NCBI GenBank assembly: GCA_965644495.1
Contig: CBFFSA010000010.1
Location: 372,001 to 436,000 of the forward strand
Length of the DNA: 64,000 nt
From: Perkinsela sp. CCAP 1560/9
Taxonomy: Eukaryota; Protista; Euglenozoa: Kinetoplastea
Direction of reading: 5' to 3'
In this document: piece after piece, positions 1 to 11,765 of the stretch
Numbering within the stretch: the first letter of the stretch is position 1
How the letters are laid out: each line of letters starts with the position of its first letter
Position numbers and translations under genes: made by a program
Notes under the pieces: model-generated
The model's database searches: none
What the model saw: only the letters and a program-made list of their open reading frames with translations
What the model was told of the DNA's origin: nothing

Positions 1-99
1 ATTTGAGCCACATACGACCAACTTTTTACGCCATTTGTCTGTGGACTGCTCCGGGTGTATTAGCGTTTGTCACACCAATATGCCAATATCCCGGGACAA

Positions 100-460
100 A
101 TTTGCCTATTAGAGCTACAACTGTAGTAGTGTATCCAAGGACAATGTAGGAGTATAGTACAGGGAAATAACTTCTTGCCATGACGCCCTGCATGATGCCT
201 AGCCAAAGATAAGCGTGGACAAGAAAGAAGCTGGGAGGGAAGTACTCACTTCACGGGAGTGGCTGGGAGGGGTCAAGGGATCGAGAGGCGTCCCCCGCTT
301 CAGCGAGAAATGGGGACAGTTCCAGTCTTAGTACCGGCAGGAAAAGGGCATAAAAATACAGTGTGGAAATAACGGGCATGGAATTTTGACAAAGTTACGC
401 TCGTTGCGTGGGGAAGAAATGATGAACTAAGTAGAAAAAGTACAGAAAGTCTAATATCGA
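100..460 (-). mobile_element. SINE-A-related element (shared 5' head, different 3' body)
   Basis: Minus strand reads ctgtactttttctacttag|ttcatc...ccggtactaagactggaactgtcccc...gaagcgggggacgc...ccactcccgtgaagtgagt, matching the head of the SINE at 62610-63260. Duplicated at 10075-10440. Ends approximate. Confidence 0.65.
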
Positions 461-684
461 TCAAAACGAAGAAGTGGAATATATCAAGAAATGGAAAGCA
501 TCCAGTCAACCGAGGTTGGTAAATTGCATTTCGTGGTTTCTCCACACTAGAGAAAGATATCGGATTAAGAAATAATCGACAGTTTTTCTTATAAAAAGTA
601 TTAAACTTATAAAGTAAACACTCACATACCATTTTGAAACCCAATCCCCAGGAAGGGGGGAATATGCCTGCGCACCGCTGTGCT

Positions 685-951
685 TTAACCCGTCCCGTAA
701 TAAGCCCCGCACTGTAGATGAGAAAAAAATACATTGGCTGTCTGCGCGACTTCAATAGGTGTCACAGTTCGAGTTTTAGTTGCCCATCGCACCATACTGG
801 CATTGCGGTGCATCCAAGAATTTGCCCAGGAAATCGAAAACTTCAGCATGCCACCTTTCAGCACTGTGTGTCCCGTTTGTCGCTGTTCTCTGATACCTTT
901 CGCAATGTTGGCTACGAGCTGCGCCGACGGCAACGCCAGTTTGTCGAATCA
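685..951 (-). pseudogene. pogo/Tigger-like transposase fragment (CENP-B-type HTH)
   Basis: VANIAKGIREQRQ...KFSISWANSWMHRNASMVRWATKT resembles the FxxSxGWxxxFxxRxxLxxRRxT motif. Runs into the N gap. Confidence 0.5.
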
Positions 952-1151
952 NNNNNNNNNNNNNNNNNNNNNNNNNNNNNNNNNNNNNNNNNNNNNNNNN
1001 NNNNNNNNNNNNNNNNNNNNNNNNNNNNNNNNNNNNNNNNNNNNNNNNNNNNNNNNNNNNNNNNNNNNNNNNNNNNNNNNNNNNNNNNNNNNNNNNNNNN
1101 NNNNNNNNNNNNNNNNNNNNNNNNNNNNNNNNNNNNNNNNNNNNNNNNNNN
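952..1151. other. Assembly gap (200 N)
   Basis: Run of N; the duplicate copy has roughly 780 bp at this position. Confidence 1.
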
Positions 1152-1513
1152 GGTTGTTTTCTGTGTCGCGTAATGATTTTTCAGGGAATCTAGACCTGAC
1201 GCTTCTCCCAGGACAACTTCAAAGACTTTTTCTGCATGAAAATCTTTTTGTTGGAAGTGTAAACTTAACCTGTCTCCCGAAAGAACTTACAGTTTTGCAC
1301 TTGACCGGTAATAAGTTGAATGGTGAGTTGGTTCTGCGCTCCCTTCCGCCGTTTATGCGTACACTTTCCCTTGGGAACAACGCTTTTACGGGAAAAGTAG
1401 CATTTGACGCCTTACCAGCAACAATGGAAGATTTGAATTTGAAAGGAAATATCTGCGATTTGGAAGTGCAGTCTTGGCCAATTCCAAAATGTGTTACAAT
1501 TACTGTACTGTAG
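1152..1513 (+). CDS. LRR protein, 3' part (5' part in gap)
   Basis: LFSVSRNDFSGNLDLTLLPGQLQRLFLHENLFVGSVNLTCLP... 24-aa LRRs. Uninterrupted paralog of the gene split at 11713/17302. Confidence 0.85.
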
Positions 1514-1994
1514 TGCAGTACTTTAACTTTGTATGTTTTAGAAAAAAACAAATGAGGACAAAAATTCCACATGTACACATGTAACTATATCAATTCTTAC
1601 AGTGACGAGTTACAGTTAGATAATATAAAGAAATTGTTTGCAGGCAAATCCCTTGTCAAAAGGTTGGCTCCCAGTGTTGAACATGGTTAAGCAGTACAAA
1701 AGGGGTGGTTCAGTTTTCATCTAATGTAGGGGAGTCTGGTATTTTAGAAAACGAAAAAAATATTTATAGAAACTGTACAGCATGACGCCAAAACTGTACG
1801 GGAAAGCCTTTTTACCTTTCGATTTTGGACTTTAAAAAATCGTATAAACATTCTGAAAACTCAAAGTATCGAGGATACGCTTTCTTCAAAGCTGGCCTCC
1901 ACCTTTAAAATAATTTTGCGCTTTTAGAATTCCCCTTTTTCTTATGTAACGCTTTCTACCTCAGTTTTTTTCATTTCCTTGGATTTCATCATCT

Positions 1995-2696
1995 ATGTCC
2001 GATTCATCCGTTTTAAAACCCGGCAAGGTACAAGGTTCGTCAATGCCACAAGAATACAATTTAACGCGACTAATTCAAAACATTGAAAACCCTCGCCCAT
2101 CCTGGAATACGAGTACCCCTGCCTGCGAATGGGAAGACGTGAGTTGCGACCAGAGTAGTATGGTAACTGAAATTAATTGGGAAGTCCTACATCTTCGGGG
2201 CCTACTCTGTTTAGAATATCTTCCTGATTCCATTATTGATTTTCATGCTTCCGAGAATGCACTGTTTGGCAGCGTTCGACTAGACTATCTTCCGGGCCCT
2301 CTAGAGCTACTGAATCTATCTGAAAATGCATTTTCAGGTGCCGTTGATCTCGTTTCTCTGCCGAGCGCCTTGCGCTCTCTTTACTTAGATGAAAATATGT
2401 TCACCGGATCAGTTGTATTAAACAGCTTGCCGTCACAGTTAAGAATTCTGAATTTGGCAGCGAATAAATTGACCGGCACATTGGATTTGGGCCATCTTCC
2501 TCCCAATCTAGAAACCCTCTATCTTTCCAACAATTGTTTTGAAAGGGAAGTGCTTCTGAACTCATTACCGCAAAGTCTGAGGTTCTTGTGGATGAGAAAC
2601 AATACTCTCCTGCAAGGTGAAATCAGGAAGAAGAATCTTTCGGGGAAATTATTGATCAAGACTGATGGCACACTCATTAGCATCCTACCGGAGTGA
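1995..2696 (+). CDS. LRR-only protein, 233 aa
   Basis: N-cap KVQGSSMPQEYNL...SWNTSTPACEWEDVSC followed by about 6 LxxLxLxxNxFxG repeats. Confidence 0.9.
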   Translation: MSDSSVLKPGKVQGSSMPQEYNLTRLIQNIENPRPSWNTSTPACEWEDVSCDQSSMVTEINWEVLHLRGLLCLEYLPDSIIDFHASENALFGSVRLDYLPGPLELLNLSENAFSGAVDLVSLPSALRSLYLDENMFTGSVVLNSLPSQLRILNLAANKLTGTLDLGHLPPNLETLYLSNNCFEREVLLNSLPQSLRFLWMRNNTLLQGEIRKKNLSGKLLIKTDGTLISILPE

Positions 2697-3004
2697 TATT
2701 GCATCTAAAATGGGGATTTTGCATACAATTTTGGATATTGTGTGTTAATCAGAGCGAACATTGATTATGTTTTGCTGATTTGATGGGGGGAAACCTGACA
2801 TCGCAATACAATGAAAGGGAAAGGTGAAAAATTTGATTTCACTAAGGTGCCCTAAAAGAAATCCTGTATTTTTGGAAAGAAAAAAATTAAGTCCCCGGAA
2901 CAAGGTCGTTGGAGTGAAAAAGATAGCGGAAGAGTGAAAATGATAGCGGAAGACCTAATTGGGTCGAAAAATGGTGGTATACATGACGTTTCCGAAATCG
3001 TATA

Positions 3005-3460
3005 TGATATTCATCCCGTTTAACTGCACAGATTGATACCCAGAAGATGCATGACTAGCATGCAATCCTCGCACAAAACGAGTTTCTCCTAGGTTTTTAA
3101 AACCTTCACGAGCATATGCCCTCACTTCACTGCTCTGTCGCGACTATTAAAATTTTTAAAGGTCCCACTAAGAGCTCTTTTTACCATGCTTTGTCGGCAT
3201 CGCAAGGTGGTGGTCCTGTTTCCACCAAAAATGAAGTTCAGAGCTTCAGTTGAGCTGTTGAGCTTTCCCTACTTCAATGGCCAGGAGAAATGTGGCTGTA
3301 TTTGACGTTTTCCTTTGTAGGTAGTATGCATGCCCATACTTCTGCATCTTCCATTCGTGCGAGGATATAAAGTTTTCCTCCCACAGAGATGTCAGTTCGA
3401 GTATGAACTCTGACCCGTTCTTCAGCTTAATCCGGCCATCAAATCGGAGCTAAGTTTCTT
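3005..3460 (-). mobile_element. 5'-truncated, decayed RLE-LINE 3' end
   Basis: Minus strand LRFDGRIKLKNGSEFILELTSLWEEN matches LRPDGIVKLNDGTEFIVELTMPWEEN of the 11766 ORF. 3' UTR has the ctcg-ttttgtg-cgag hairpin. Confidence 0.8.
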
Positions 3461-3464
3461 GCCC

Positions 3465-3921
3465 GTTTGTTCATGCATTTATTTTAATGCAGAGTATTTA
3501 TGTGGTTGTACCCGCAAACAATTAATTAAATATTATCCACTTTTTCCTAAGCTGAAACACCGCCTTCCGGTGTCCATTACGCCTCATTTCGGCGAGACCA
3601 GATGATATAGCTTGCTCTGCCCGCCATCTGCATCATCTCCTCGCGACATCTTCTTGCCAGCTGGCTATCTCCCCTGAAAACTGCGTTTAGATAGCCGCAT
3701 GTACTATTCGGGAAGTCACGTGCGCCTATCTCGAAGGCGATCGCGTGACAGTCGGGGTTAGTTATGCGCTGCTCGTGGAGAAGGGAATTGTACGTCTCAC
3801 TCTTACTTCTCCTCAGCCAGTTTGGTGGATTCTTGTAATGGGTGAGGTCAAAGTGACACTGCGACTTCAAGGGAGGGTTATATTGATGAGACTTATGAGA
3901 GTTAATTAGAATCAGATGCAA
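3465..3921 (-). mobile_element. 5'-truncated RLE-LINE 3' end
   Basis: CHFDLTHY...AFEIGARDFP...RCREEMMQMAGRASYIIWSRR is homologous to the LINE C-terminus. Ends with ataaatactctgca-ttaaaataaa-tgcatga. Confidence 0.8.
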
Positions 3922-4105
3922 TACCTGTAGCAGGGATAACTAAGCTGACTAGGGGTGTATGTTTCTCAACTACTTGTGCTGTTGGCCTCACTCTACCACA
4001 GCAGAACGTACACGTGTGCGATTTGTTCCTATGGCTCCAGATTTGACAGAATCCCTTTCCCAAATATTATCGAATAGACACCGTATCCTCTGATTTACAC
4101 CTCTT

Positions 4106-5032
4106 ATGAACCCCCTCCCCATCACCTGTCCTGTGCAGCTCTCTGACACGCCGTTACCCCCTCGAAAACGACGCAAAACCATAGAGAAGGTTACAAGTGA
4201 CGAAACGTCGGGAGCCGCGCTCGGTAAGGTACGAGGAGCGCAGCTACCCCAAGAGTACGAGCTCTCGCGTTTCGTGGAGAATATTACGATTCCGTTTCAC
4301 CGGCATGGACCCCCTCGGCGTAGGGGAGGGAAACCGTCGAGCTGGAACACGGACACCCCCGCGTGTGAGTGGGAGGGTATTGCCTGTGAGCACGGCGAGC
4401 GTGTGACGCTAATGGATTGGTCCCCCTATGGGAGAATGGTGGGACAGGGCATGCCGGGGATTTCCATGACGGGTTCCCCAGCCTGGGATTATCTCCCACG
4501 AACGCTCGAGAACTGTTATTTGTATGAAAATAGGCTTAGTGGAGAGGTGAAATTGGATAGCCTTCCGTCCTCGCTTCGCATTTTCCAATTAGGGGGGAAT
4601 GCGTTTACAGGTGGTGTGGACTTGTGTAACTTACCGCAAAATATGCAAGAGCTGTGGGTCCAGGAGAATGATTTGTCGGGAGAGGTAGATTTGAGTCAAT
4701 TCCCAGCGAACTTCGTATCATTAGACCTTTCGGATAACGCATTTACAGGTAATGTTAATCTAAGTAGCTTGCCCTCTGTCACTTGGCTAATATTATCAAA
4801 CAATCAATTTTTCGGAACGCTAGATTTGCGGCATCTACCCGCTTCGTTGGAGGTGCTGGAGTGCGAGAATAACATTTTCAGCGGAAAAGTATTTTTCGAT
4901 AAGCTCCCACCACAAATGACACGACTATTCTTCGTGGATAATAATGAACTTGAAGGTGAAATTAACCGTTCCATACTTCCTAAGTTATTGGACGACCTCA
5001 TTACGCAAGGTACAAAAGTAATTTTCAAATAA
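4106..5032 (+). CDS. LRR-only protein, 308 aa
   Basis: LGKVRGAQLPQEYEL N-cap, ACEWEGIAC, about 7 LRRs. Basic PRKRRK stretch near the N-terminus. Confidence 0.9.
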   Translation: MNPLPITCPVQLSDTPLPPRKRRKTIEKVTSDETSGAALGKVRGAQLPQEYELSRFVENITIPFHRHGPPRRRGGKPSSWNTDTPACEWEGIACEHGERVTLMDWSPYGRMVGQGMPGISMTGSPAWDYLPRTLENCYLYENRLSGEVKLDSLPSSLRIFQLGGNAFTGGVDLCNLPQNMQELWVQENDLSGEVDLSQFPANFVSLDLSDNAFTGNVNLSSLPSVTWLILSNNQFFGTLDLRHLPASLEVLECENNIFSGKVFFDKLPPQMTRLFFVDNNELEGEINRSILPKLLDDLITQGTKVIFK

Positions 5033-6060
5033 TTAAGCCAATTTTCCTTCCACACAAACGAAAAAGTGTACTCAATTATTACTGTGAAGTTCCCGTAATA
5101 CTATATGACCCCCCTTTATACGTCGTTTACACGTTTTTCTTAATGATACCAAAAGCACTTATAATTGTCAATCTCCACATACATGCTATTCCCCCTATCC
5201 CAGCGTTGCTCGTCCTATTAGCGTTGCTTTAGAAGAGAATGCATTCTGCCGCGAAGAGGCAATTTTCCCATTCTATTTACCCAGTAAAAAACTAATCCTT
5301 TGAAACGGTACCAATTTTAATCCCGTTTCTTCCGTTTTTTGCTCTCTCCCTTTAGATGAACGCGCATCAAGCGGCATCAGCACGTTTAAAGTTTTAAGCA
5401 CGTCTGAAAAGCTTAATTTTTGAACAACTGTTTCTCAACAACGCTCTGATTTCCTACTTGCTGCTTATCCTTTTTCCCCTCACTTACTTTCCCCTTAAGA
5501 CTTTTCGCTACCGACTTTCTTCCCCCTACCTACGTTGTCCTTTTCCTACTTTCAGGCCACAATGATGTGCAGAGGCAGACAGAAGACCAAAACCACCATA
5601 GCATTTCGGGCGTTGAACTGTTAGACTGACTCATCATTTTCACTATCTTTACGAAGGACACAAAAAATGTTTCAAGGCTCTCCGTGTTCACCTCTATTGA
5701 AATACTTTTTGCCGTGATCGAAAAGGGGTCAAGATCTGTGTACTCGACTCCAACTCCTTTTTCGCACTTTTGGACTCAATTTCTGTGTTCTTGACTTTCT
5801 CTTTACTTTCTAGAAATTTTGCTGAGGGCCACATAGCTTTTTGGGAGGATTCACCTCCTTCAGATTTACTCATGCGTTGTAAAAAACGTACACAAGAAAA
5901 TGAGAAGCTTTGTGGAATAAATAAATAAATCAAACAATCCATCAATGTATGAAAAATGGAGTTGAGATCCGTATACTCGGATTCGAATTCCTTTTTCGCC
6001 TTTTCGAGTTACAAGATTGGTACAGGTGGTACATGATTGGTACCGTCGCGGTGTTAGGGA

Positions 6061-6094
6061 GTAGGCTTCAGGTGGGCCTAGGGGGTGCACACCA
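6061..6094 (+). mobile_element. Tiny 3' terminal fragment of CRE-like LINE
   Basis: gtaggcttcaggtgggcctagggggtgcacacca is nearly identical to the 3' end at ~41799-41833. Confidence 0.6.
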
Positions 6095-6921
6095 TTTTGA
6101 GTTCAATTTCTGTTTTTTTCACTTTCTCTTTACTTTTCAGAAATTTTTGTTGGGTACCACACAGGCTTTTTAGGGGATTCACTTCCACCAGATTTACTCA
6201 TACAAGTGTGTTGTAAAAATGATGTAACGCAGACAAGAAAATCAGAAGCTTTAGGAAATAAGCCGAACATTCTAAAATCAATGTATGAATACAATACATA
6301 CCTAACATAAAAAATGGACCTCTATTTTTTAAAGAAGTACATGTACCATCACGCCAATTCAGTCGGACGATCGCTCTGCAGGTTTTGCCCTGCATAAAAT
6401 ATAAATAAATAAGATATAACGAAGCGTTATGTGCTGAAGTAAAGATGTCAGAACTTCCGCAGCATGTAATTGATTACCCGCTTCGTCTTCTGAGTACGAA
6501 TATTGTGGTTCTTAACTAAGTTATGGTGTTGAAAGATATGACAATGTATTCAAAACGTAAACAAGGGAAGCCATACACAGTGAAATGCTTTTTCTATACT
6601 TGATATCACAAAAATAGCCCTAAATATTACCAACTTCAATAATGTATTTCTCAATATTGTAATTCTTCTACTGCTCATCATTCCCTTTTACTTCTCCTTA
6701 TTCTTCCTATCGGGTTTGCTCTTCACTTCTAACAAATTTAATTCGCTCTCGAATTTCGTTAGGTAACTGAGCAACCTCTCGAATAAGATTTCTTCACGCA
6801 GACATGAAAAATAGGTATTATCAAGTATCGACTTATGAAGCGCTCGAAGCCGTTTGCTGTATCATAGCTGTAAAATTATTAATAATTTTTTCTTCCGATA
6901 ATAATTATTATTAAAGAATTA

Positions 6922-7450
6922 CCGGGCGTTACTTAATTACGGTTGCCCTTAATTACTGTTTTTACCTAATTACGGTTAATCTATTTAAGATTAAAACTGA
7001 CATTTTTATTTTCCGAACAAAATATTTTTTTGCGCCCTGTGACTAGAATATCAGGAAGCAGAAAGCCTCCTGGGCGAGGAATAGAGCGACTGGCATTCCT
7101 CGTGCAATGTGGAATGCGCCACCACGTTGCTACATAGTATCAGATAATTGCATTACGAGGGGCTTGGAAACATTCTAGCTTAGATTTGGCTACGGGGAAC
7201 GCAACGATGATGCGGATACCACTAGAAGAAAGCGACAGCGCACTTTTGAATCTAGTGGGTATAAGATGCACGATCTTGATGGTTGATTGTTATCGTTTCA
7301 TTGATGTTGAAATTCGTTGTGGGCAACGCATAACCGATTTTCCCTATTTACGGTTACTCCCTAATTACGGTTAACCGATTTAAGGTTAAAATCGACGAAA
7401 ATTTAACCGTTAACCGTAATTAAGAAATTCCGTGATTAAGTAACACCCGG
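6922..7450. mobile_element. MITE / non-autonomous Tc1-mariner-type element
   Basis: ta|ccgggcgttacttaattacgg ... ccgtgattaagtaacacccgg|ta: terminal inverted repeats with TA on both sides. Confidence 0.75.
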
Positions 7451-7480
7451 TATTAATAATTATTAATAATTATTAAAGGA

Positions 7481-7659
7481 CTGTCCCCCCTCCCCTTAGT
7501 CGCACTCGGTCAGACCCCCCCGTTTAAGCGCACATAAAGTTGAAGGGACGAGCCCGGTGCCGCGAAGGGGCGCCATTTTTTTTTCATGTAGTGATTCAGA
7601 CCCCCCGTTTAAGCGCACCTTTCACGGAAAACAAGGTGCGCTTAAACAGGGGGGGACAG
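7481..7659. mobile_element. MITE
   Basis: ctgtcccccc ... gggggacag|ta termini with internal cccgtttaagcgcac repeats. Related ends at ~8573 and ~49550. Confidence 0.6.
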
Positions 7660-10074
7660 TACATCCTAATGCCGAAAAGTATGGATAGTGAGGTCTTGAT
7701 GGAGTGGTGGTTTGTGCGGGATCCGGCCAATCCAGTATTCTGGTTATGTGTGAAAAGACATCAATTTCCAAAAAAGTACAAGCATCTCCGCATTAGTTGT
7801 TTAGCGCTGAATAAAATTCATTTTTCCGAAACCCATTCCGAACGTGAATTCGGGCATATGTTGCACATTGAAAATTAAAAGCGGCACTCGTCAGATGATC
7901 TGCTGCTCAGATGATACTACCACTTACCACCGCACACACATACAACGCGCCCCATCACCGACGACCCCCAAATCCTCACACACATACACACGCACACACA
8001 CACACCTCTTGATCTCACATCCCACCCACGCCCCACCGCCCCCACTTTCCACCACCCACTCCTACCATTCCCTACCCCGCACTGTCCGCGTAGGTTGTGA
8101 TAATTCTTAATTATCCAAGCGCTCTATTAATAATTATTATAACAGCTATGTGCTGTATGCTCGTTGGAGACCACATGTTTCGTCCCCGTGTACTCCAGAT
8201 GGGCTACAAATATCAGCAACACCCTCGCGACGCAGTTGAGAGGAAACCTCGCTATCTGAAAGCTCTGAATGCAATATTAACTAAAGTTGGCTTAAAATCC
8301 ATTGAGTTATTTACTTCCAGTTCTAAGGCCAACGCTCAGCGACGTCAATTCCGTGATCTTACCATATTGCGTATTCTAACGTCTTTATAATATTCGGACG
8401 TGCAACGGATATTTGCCAAGCTGCAACCCGTTTTGGTGTCGCATCCACAGCAAAGAAGATAGGTTTTTGAAAAAATGTCTCACATAACCCTCTTGACCTT
8501 TGATCATTCCCTGCCATAGACCACCTGACGAGCGAAGTACCAGTCCGCAGACCGAAAATGGTTGCCTATTTACTGTCCCCCCCACTTATGCGCGACCGTT
8601 TGACCCGGCCACTTAAGCGCAATTTTGACGCATCGTTCAGAATAACAACGCCGCAAAGCTTTTTTTTTGATACTAATTTTTGTACAGATTTTCGCCACTG
8701 TTGAAAGGGAGAGTCTGCAGGTGGTCCCTTTGGGGCGTTCGAGAATTATCTTCATCAATCTCTAGAGATCTCTGATCCACACTGACCTTCACCGATCTGT
8801 ACGGCGAGTCTGCATACTGTACTGTACTGTACATCAGTCCAAGTCTGTTTTCCAGGACTTCTTTGCTGTCTTTATCGCAGGTACCTTGACGACCCTGATA
8901 AAAACTTCTTCTAACTTCACGCGGAACACATCCGAAACTTTGGCTTTTGGAATGGCCGCGGTTCCAACCCATTCATGTACCTCAGACACTATCGCGCCAC
9001 ATAAATCATTCTTATACATGCAACGACCCGTGTCAGAAGAATGGGACATCGCTTTTGATATCGACTTTGGAGGACCGTAGAGGAAGAAGGGGGAGCAAGC
9101 CCAAATGCAGAAAGCGGATTGCTAGGGGGGATAGTATATAAAAAGCAGCCCCGAAAGGTACCCCGCGTATATAACTCATGATAGAAACACGCCCCGCGAA
9201 GCGGCGCGAAATTTGTTTTTCACCATTTATAGTTTTCGAAGTTTTTGAATTACTTATAGCATCAATGTATAGTACTAAACCACATACCCATTTAACACAC
9301 CACCCCCCGGTATGTTATCAAGGTATAGGTATGTTATCAAGGTATAAGTATGTCAAGTAGACTGGTAATGCAATAGCTAAGAGAAGAAAAACCCTTCCAC
9401 TGTTAGAACCTGTATCTACAGATGTACCGCGCGTAGTACCAAATGCTAGAACGTATCAAAATGCATCTAAAAATGCATAGAAACATTTTTTTTAAAAAGG
9501 TACGTGATCTTACGGTTGGACTTTTGCACCGTTACATAAGAAAATGTGTGGGACGAGGGGGAGTATATTAGGTGTCGCGGGCCAGAATAATATACCCCCC
9601 CGGTATGTTATCCAAGGTATAGGTATGTTAAACGGGTATGTGATAAAAATATTTCTTTTTTTTGCTATAAATAAAACTTTAAAAGTTTTTTGGACCCCTG
9701 CTTACCACGCCGTCTTATACCCCCCGGAATGTGGTTAACGACCCCGCCAAAAGATGTTAAACAGGAACAGGAATCCCTGCAGCTAGCTCGAAGTCCTTAC
9801 TTCGGAAGGCTGGGGTTGCCTCGCCCCATCACCGACGACAGCCCAACGCCGGTCTCCCTTTCTAACTCTTTGTCATGTTAGCCCAGCATGTTCCATCCAA
9901 GGGACATTGAGGATTCCGGATCTCTTTGCGAAAATGATTTCACCAAGTCGGAGCTCCGTAGAAGTTTAAGGGGAGCGCCCGGGGGCGTCCCTCTTAAACC
10001 CTGTCCCCCCTTGGGGGCAGGAGTCACCCCTCTGAAACCTCTTATTTGAGGTGGCTTCGTTGTTCCCGTGGCAA

Positions 10075-10440
10075 ATTTGCCTATTAGAGCTACAACTAAA
10101 CTAGCATTAGAGCTACAACACTAGTAGTGTATCCAAGGACAATGTAGGAGTATAGTACACAGAAATAACTTGTTGCCATAACGCCCAGCATAATGCCTAG
10201 ACAAAGGTAAACGTGGACAAGAAAGAAGCTGGGAGGGAAGCACTCACTCCACGGGAGTGGCTGGGAGGGGTCAAGGGATCGAGAGGCGTCTACCGCTTCA
10301 GCAAGAAAAGGGGACAGTTCCAGTCTTAGTACCGGCAGGGAAAGGGCATGAATACTGGGCATGAAATTTTGATAACGGTACGCTCGTTGCGTGGGCAAGA
10401 AAGGATGAACTAAGCAGAAAAAGTACCGAAAGTCTAATAT
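10075..10440 (-). mobile_element. SINE-A-related element, duplicate of 100-460
   Basis: Same head motifs; part of the segmental duplication. Confidence 0.65.
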
Positions 10441-10659
10441 CGATCAAAACGAAGAAGTGGAATATATCAAGAAATGGAAAGCATCCAGTCAACCGTCGTT
10501 GGTAAATTGCATTTCGTGGTTTCTCCACACTAGAGAAAGATATCGGATTAAGAAATAATCGACAGTTTTTCCTATGAAAAGTATTAAAGTAAACACTCAC
10601 ATACCATTTTGAAACCCAATCCCCAGGAAGGGGGGAATATGCCTGCGCACCGCTGTGCT

Positions 10660-11040
10660 TTAACCCGTCCCGTAATAAGCCCCGCACTGTAGATGAGAAA
10701 AAAATACATTGGCTGTCTGCGCGACTTCAATAGGTGTTACAGTTCGAGTTGTAGTTGCCCGTCGCACCATACTGGCATTGCGGTGCATCCAAGAATTTGC
10801 CCAGGAAATCGAAAACTTCAGCATGCCACCTTTCAGCACTGTGTGTCCCGCTTGTCGCTGTTTTCTGATACCTTTCGCAATGTTTGCTACGCGAGCTGCG
10901 TCGACAGCAACGCCAGTTTGTCGAATCAGCAAAAACGTTTTCAACAACCGAACTTCTTCGTCTTCCGTGAGAAAACTCTTAGTTAGACGAAGAACTTATC
11001 AGATGGCTGAGCAATATTCTCCGATGTAGTGCGACATGTA
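10660..11040 (-). pseudogene. pogo/Tigger-like transposase fragment
   Basis: LTEDEEVRLLKTFLLIRQTGVAVDAARVANIAKGIR...FSISWANSWMHRNASMVRRATT fits a CENP-B-type HTH. Confidence 0.55.
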
Positions 11041-11212
11041 GTAATCTGAAACTTTTTAGTAAAAAAAGTAGAACTCCGAAAAGAAAAGAATGTAAGGTGT
11101 AAAACATGAATTTTTCAACGTGTTTTACTACGAGTAATTAAAAATTTACTAATTTTTGTTTTACGACATATTGTCATACTAATAACTGTGTGTACTCTAT
11201 TACCATTATTTA

Positions 11213-11713
11213 ATGTCAATCTCATTACTAATCCTCAGAAGTGCTTCATTGGCGGATTTGACCAATACTCGCACGAATACACGTCTAGGGAAAGTGCGAG
11301 GAGCCATCCTCTCACATGACATGCAAATGGCAAAATTCATTGAGAATCTCGAGACGAAGTTACTGATTACGAGGAAGGAAACAGAAGCATGTTTGTGGGC
11401 GGGTGTCGCTTGTAATTCCAATGATGAAGTGCTCAATATTGATTGGTCGTCCAGGGCACTGAAGGGTAATCTCTCATGGGAGTATCTACCCCACACAACG
11501 TGTACTGTTCGTGTGGGAAATAATAAACTTAGCGGAACTCTTCCAGTTTCCGCATTTCCCCCGAAACTGAGTTCTTTAAACATACAATACAACCCCTTAT
11601 AAGGATCCTTCGATGCCCCTTCCCTCCCACAATTCGTTGAACAGCTTTTTTCATCTGGTACAAGATTTTCAGGTATGCTTGACTTGACCTCACTGCCTCC
11701 TCCATTGAGGTTG
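11213..11713 (+). pseudogene. LRR gene 5' part, interrupted by LINE
   Basis: RLGKVRGAILSHDMQM N-cap, ACLWAGVAC and LRRs. In-frame TAA at 11600-11602; the frame continues to DLTSLPPPLRL, where the LINE begins. Confidence 0.85.
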
Positions 11714-11737
11714 AAAGAAAGTTTCTGTACCTTGTTG
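11714..11737 (+). other. Spliced-leader exon relic (3' portion) at LINE 5' end
   Basis: aaagaaagtttctgtaccttgttg resembles the kinetoplastid SL exon 3' end (...ACAGTTTCTGTACTWTATTG). Not followed by GT. Confidence 0.8.
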
Positions 11738-11765
11738 TTTTCTTTTCCCTACCCTTTACAACGAC

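Larger units (their letters stand above)
100..5200. repeat. Segmental duplication copy 1 (copy 2 at ~10075-19265)
   Basis: Near-identical blocks: 100-951 vs ~10075-10929, 1232-1890 vs 17302-17960, 4334-5200 vs 17961-19265. Confidence 0.95.

Noticed and set aside
734-1513. 259-aa ORF spanning the gap
   Set aside because: Artefact of translating through 200 N. The left part is antisense to a transposase fragment, and the true LRR 5' end corresponds to 11213-11713.
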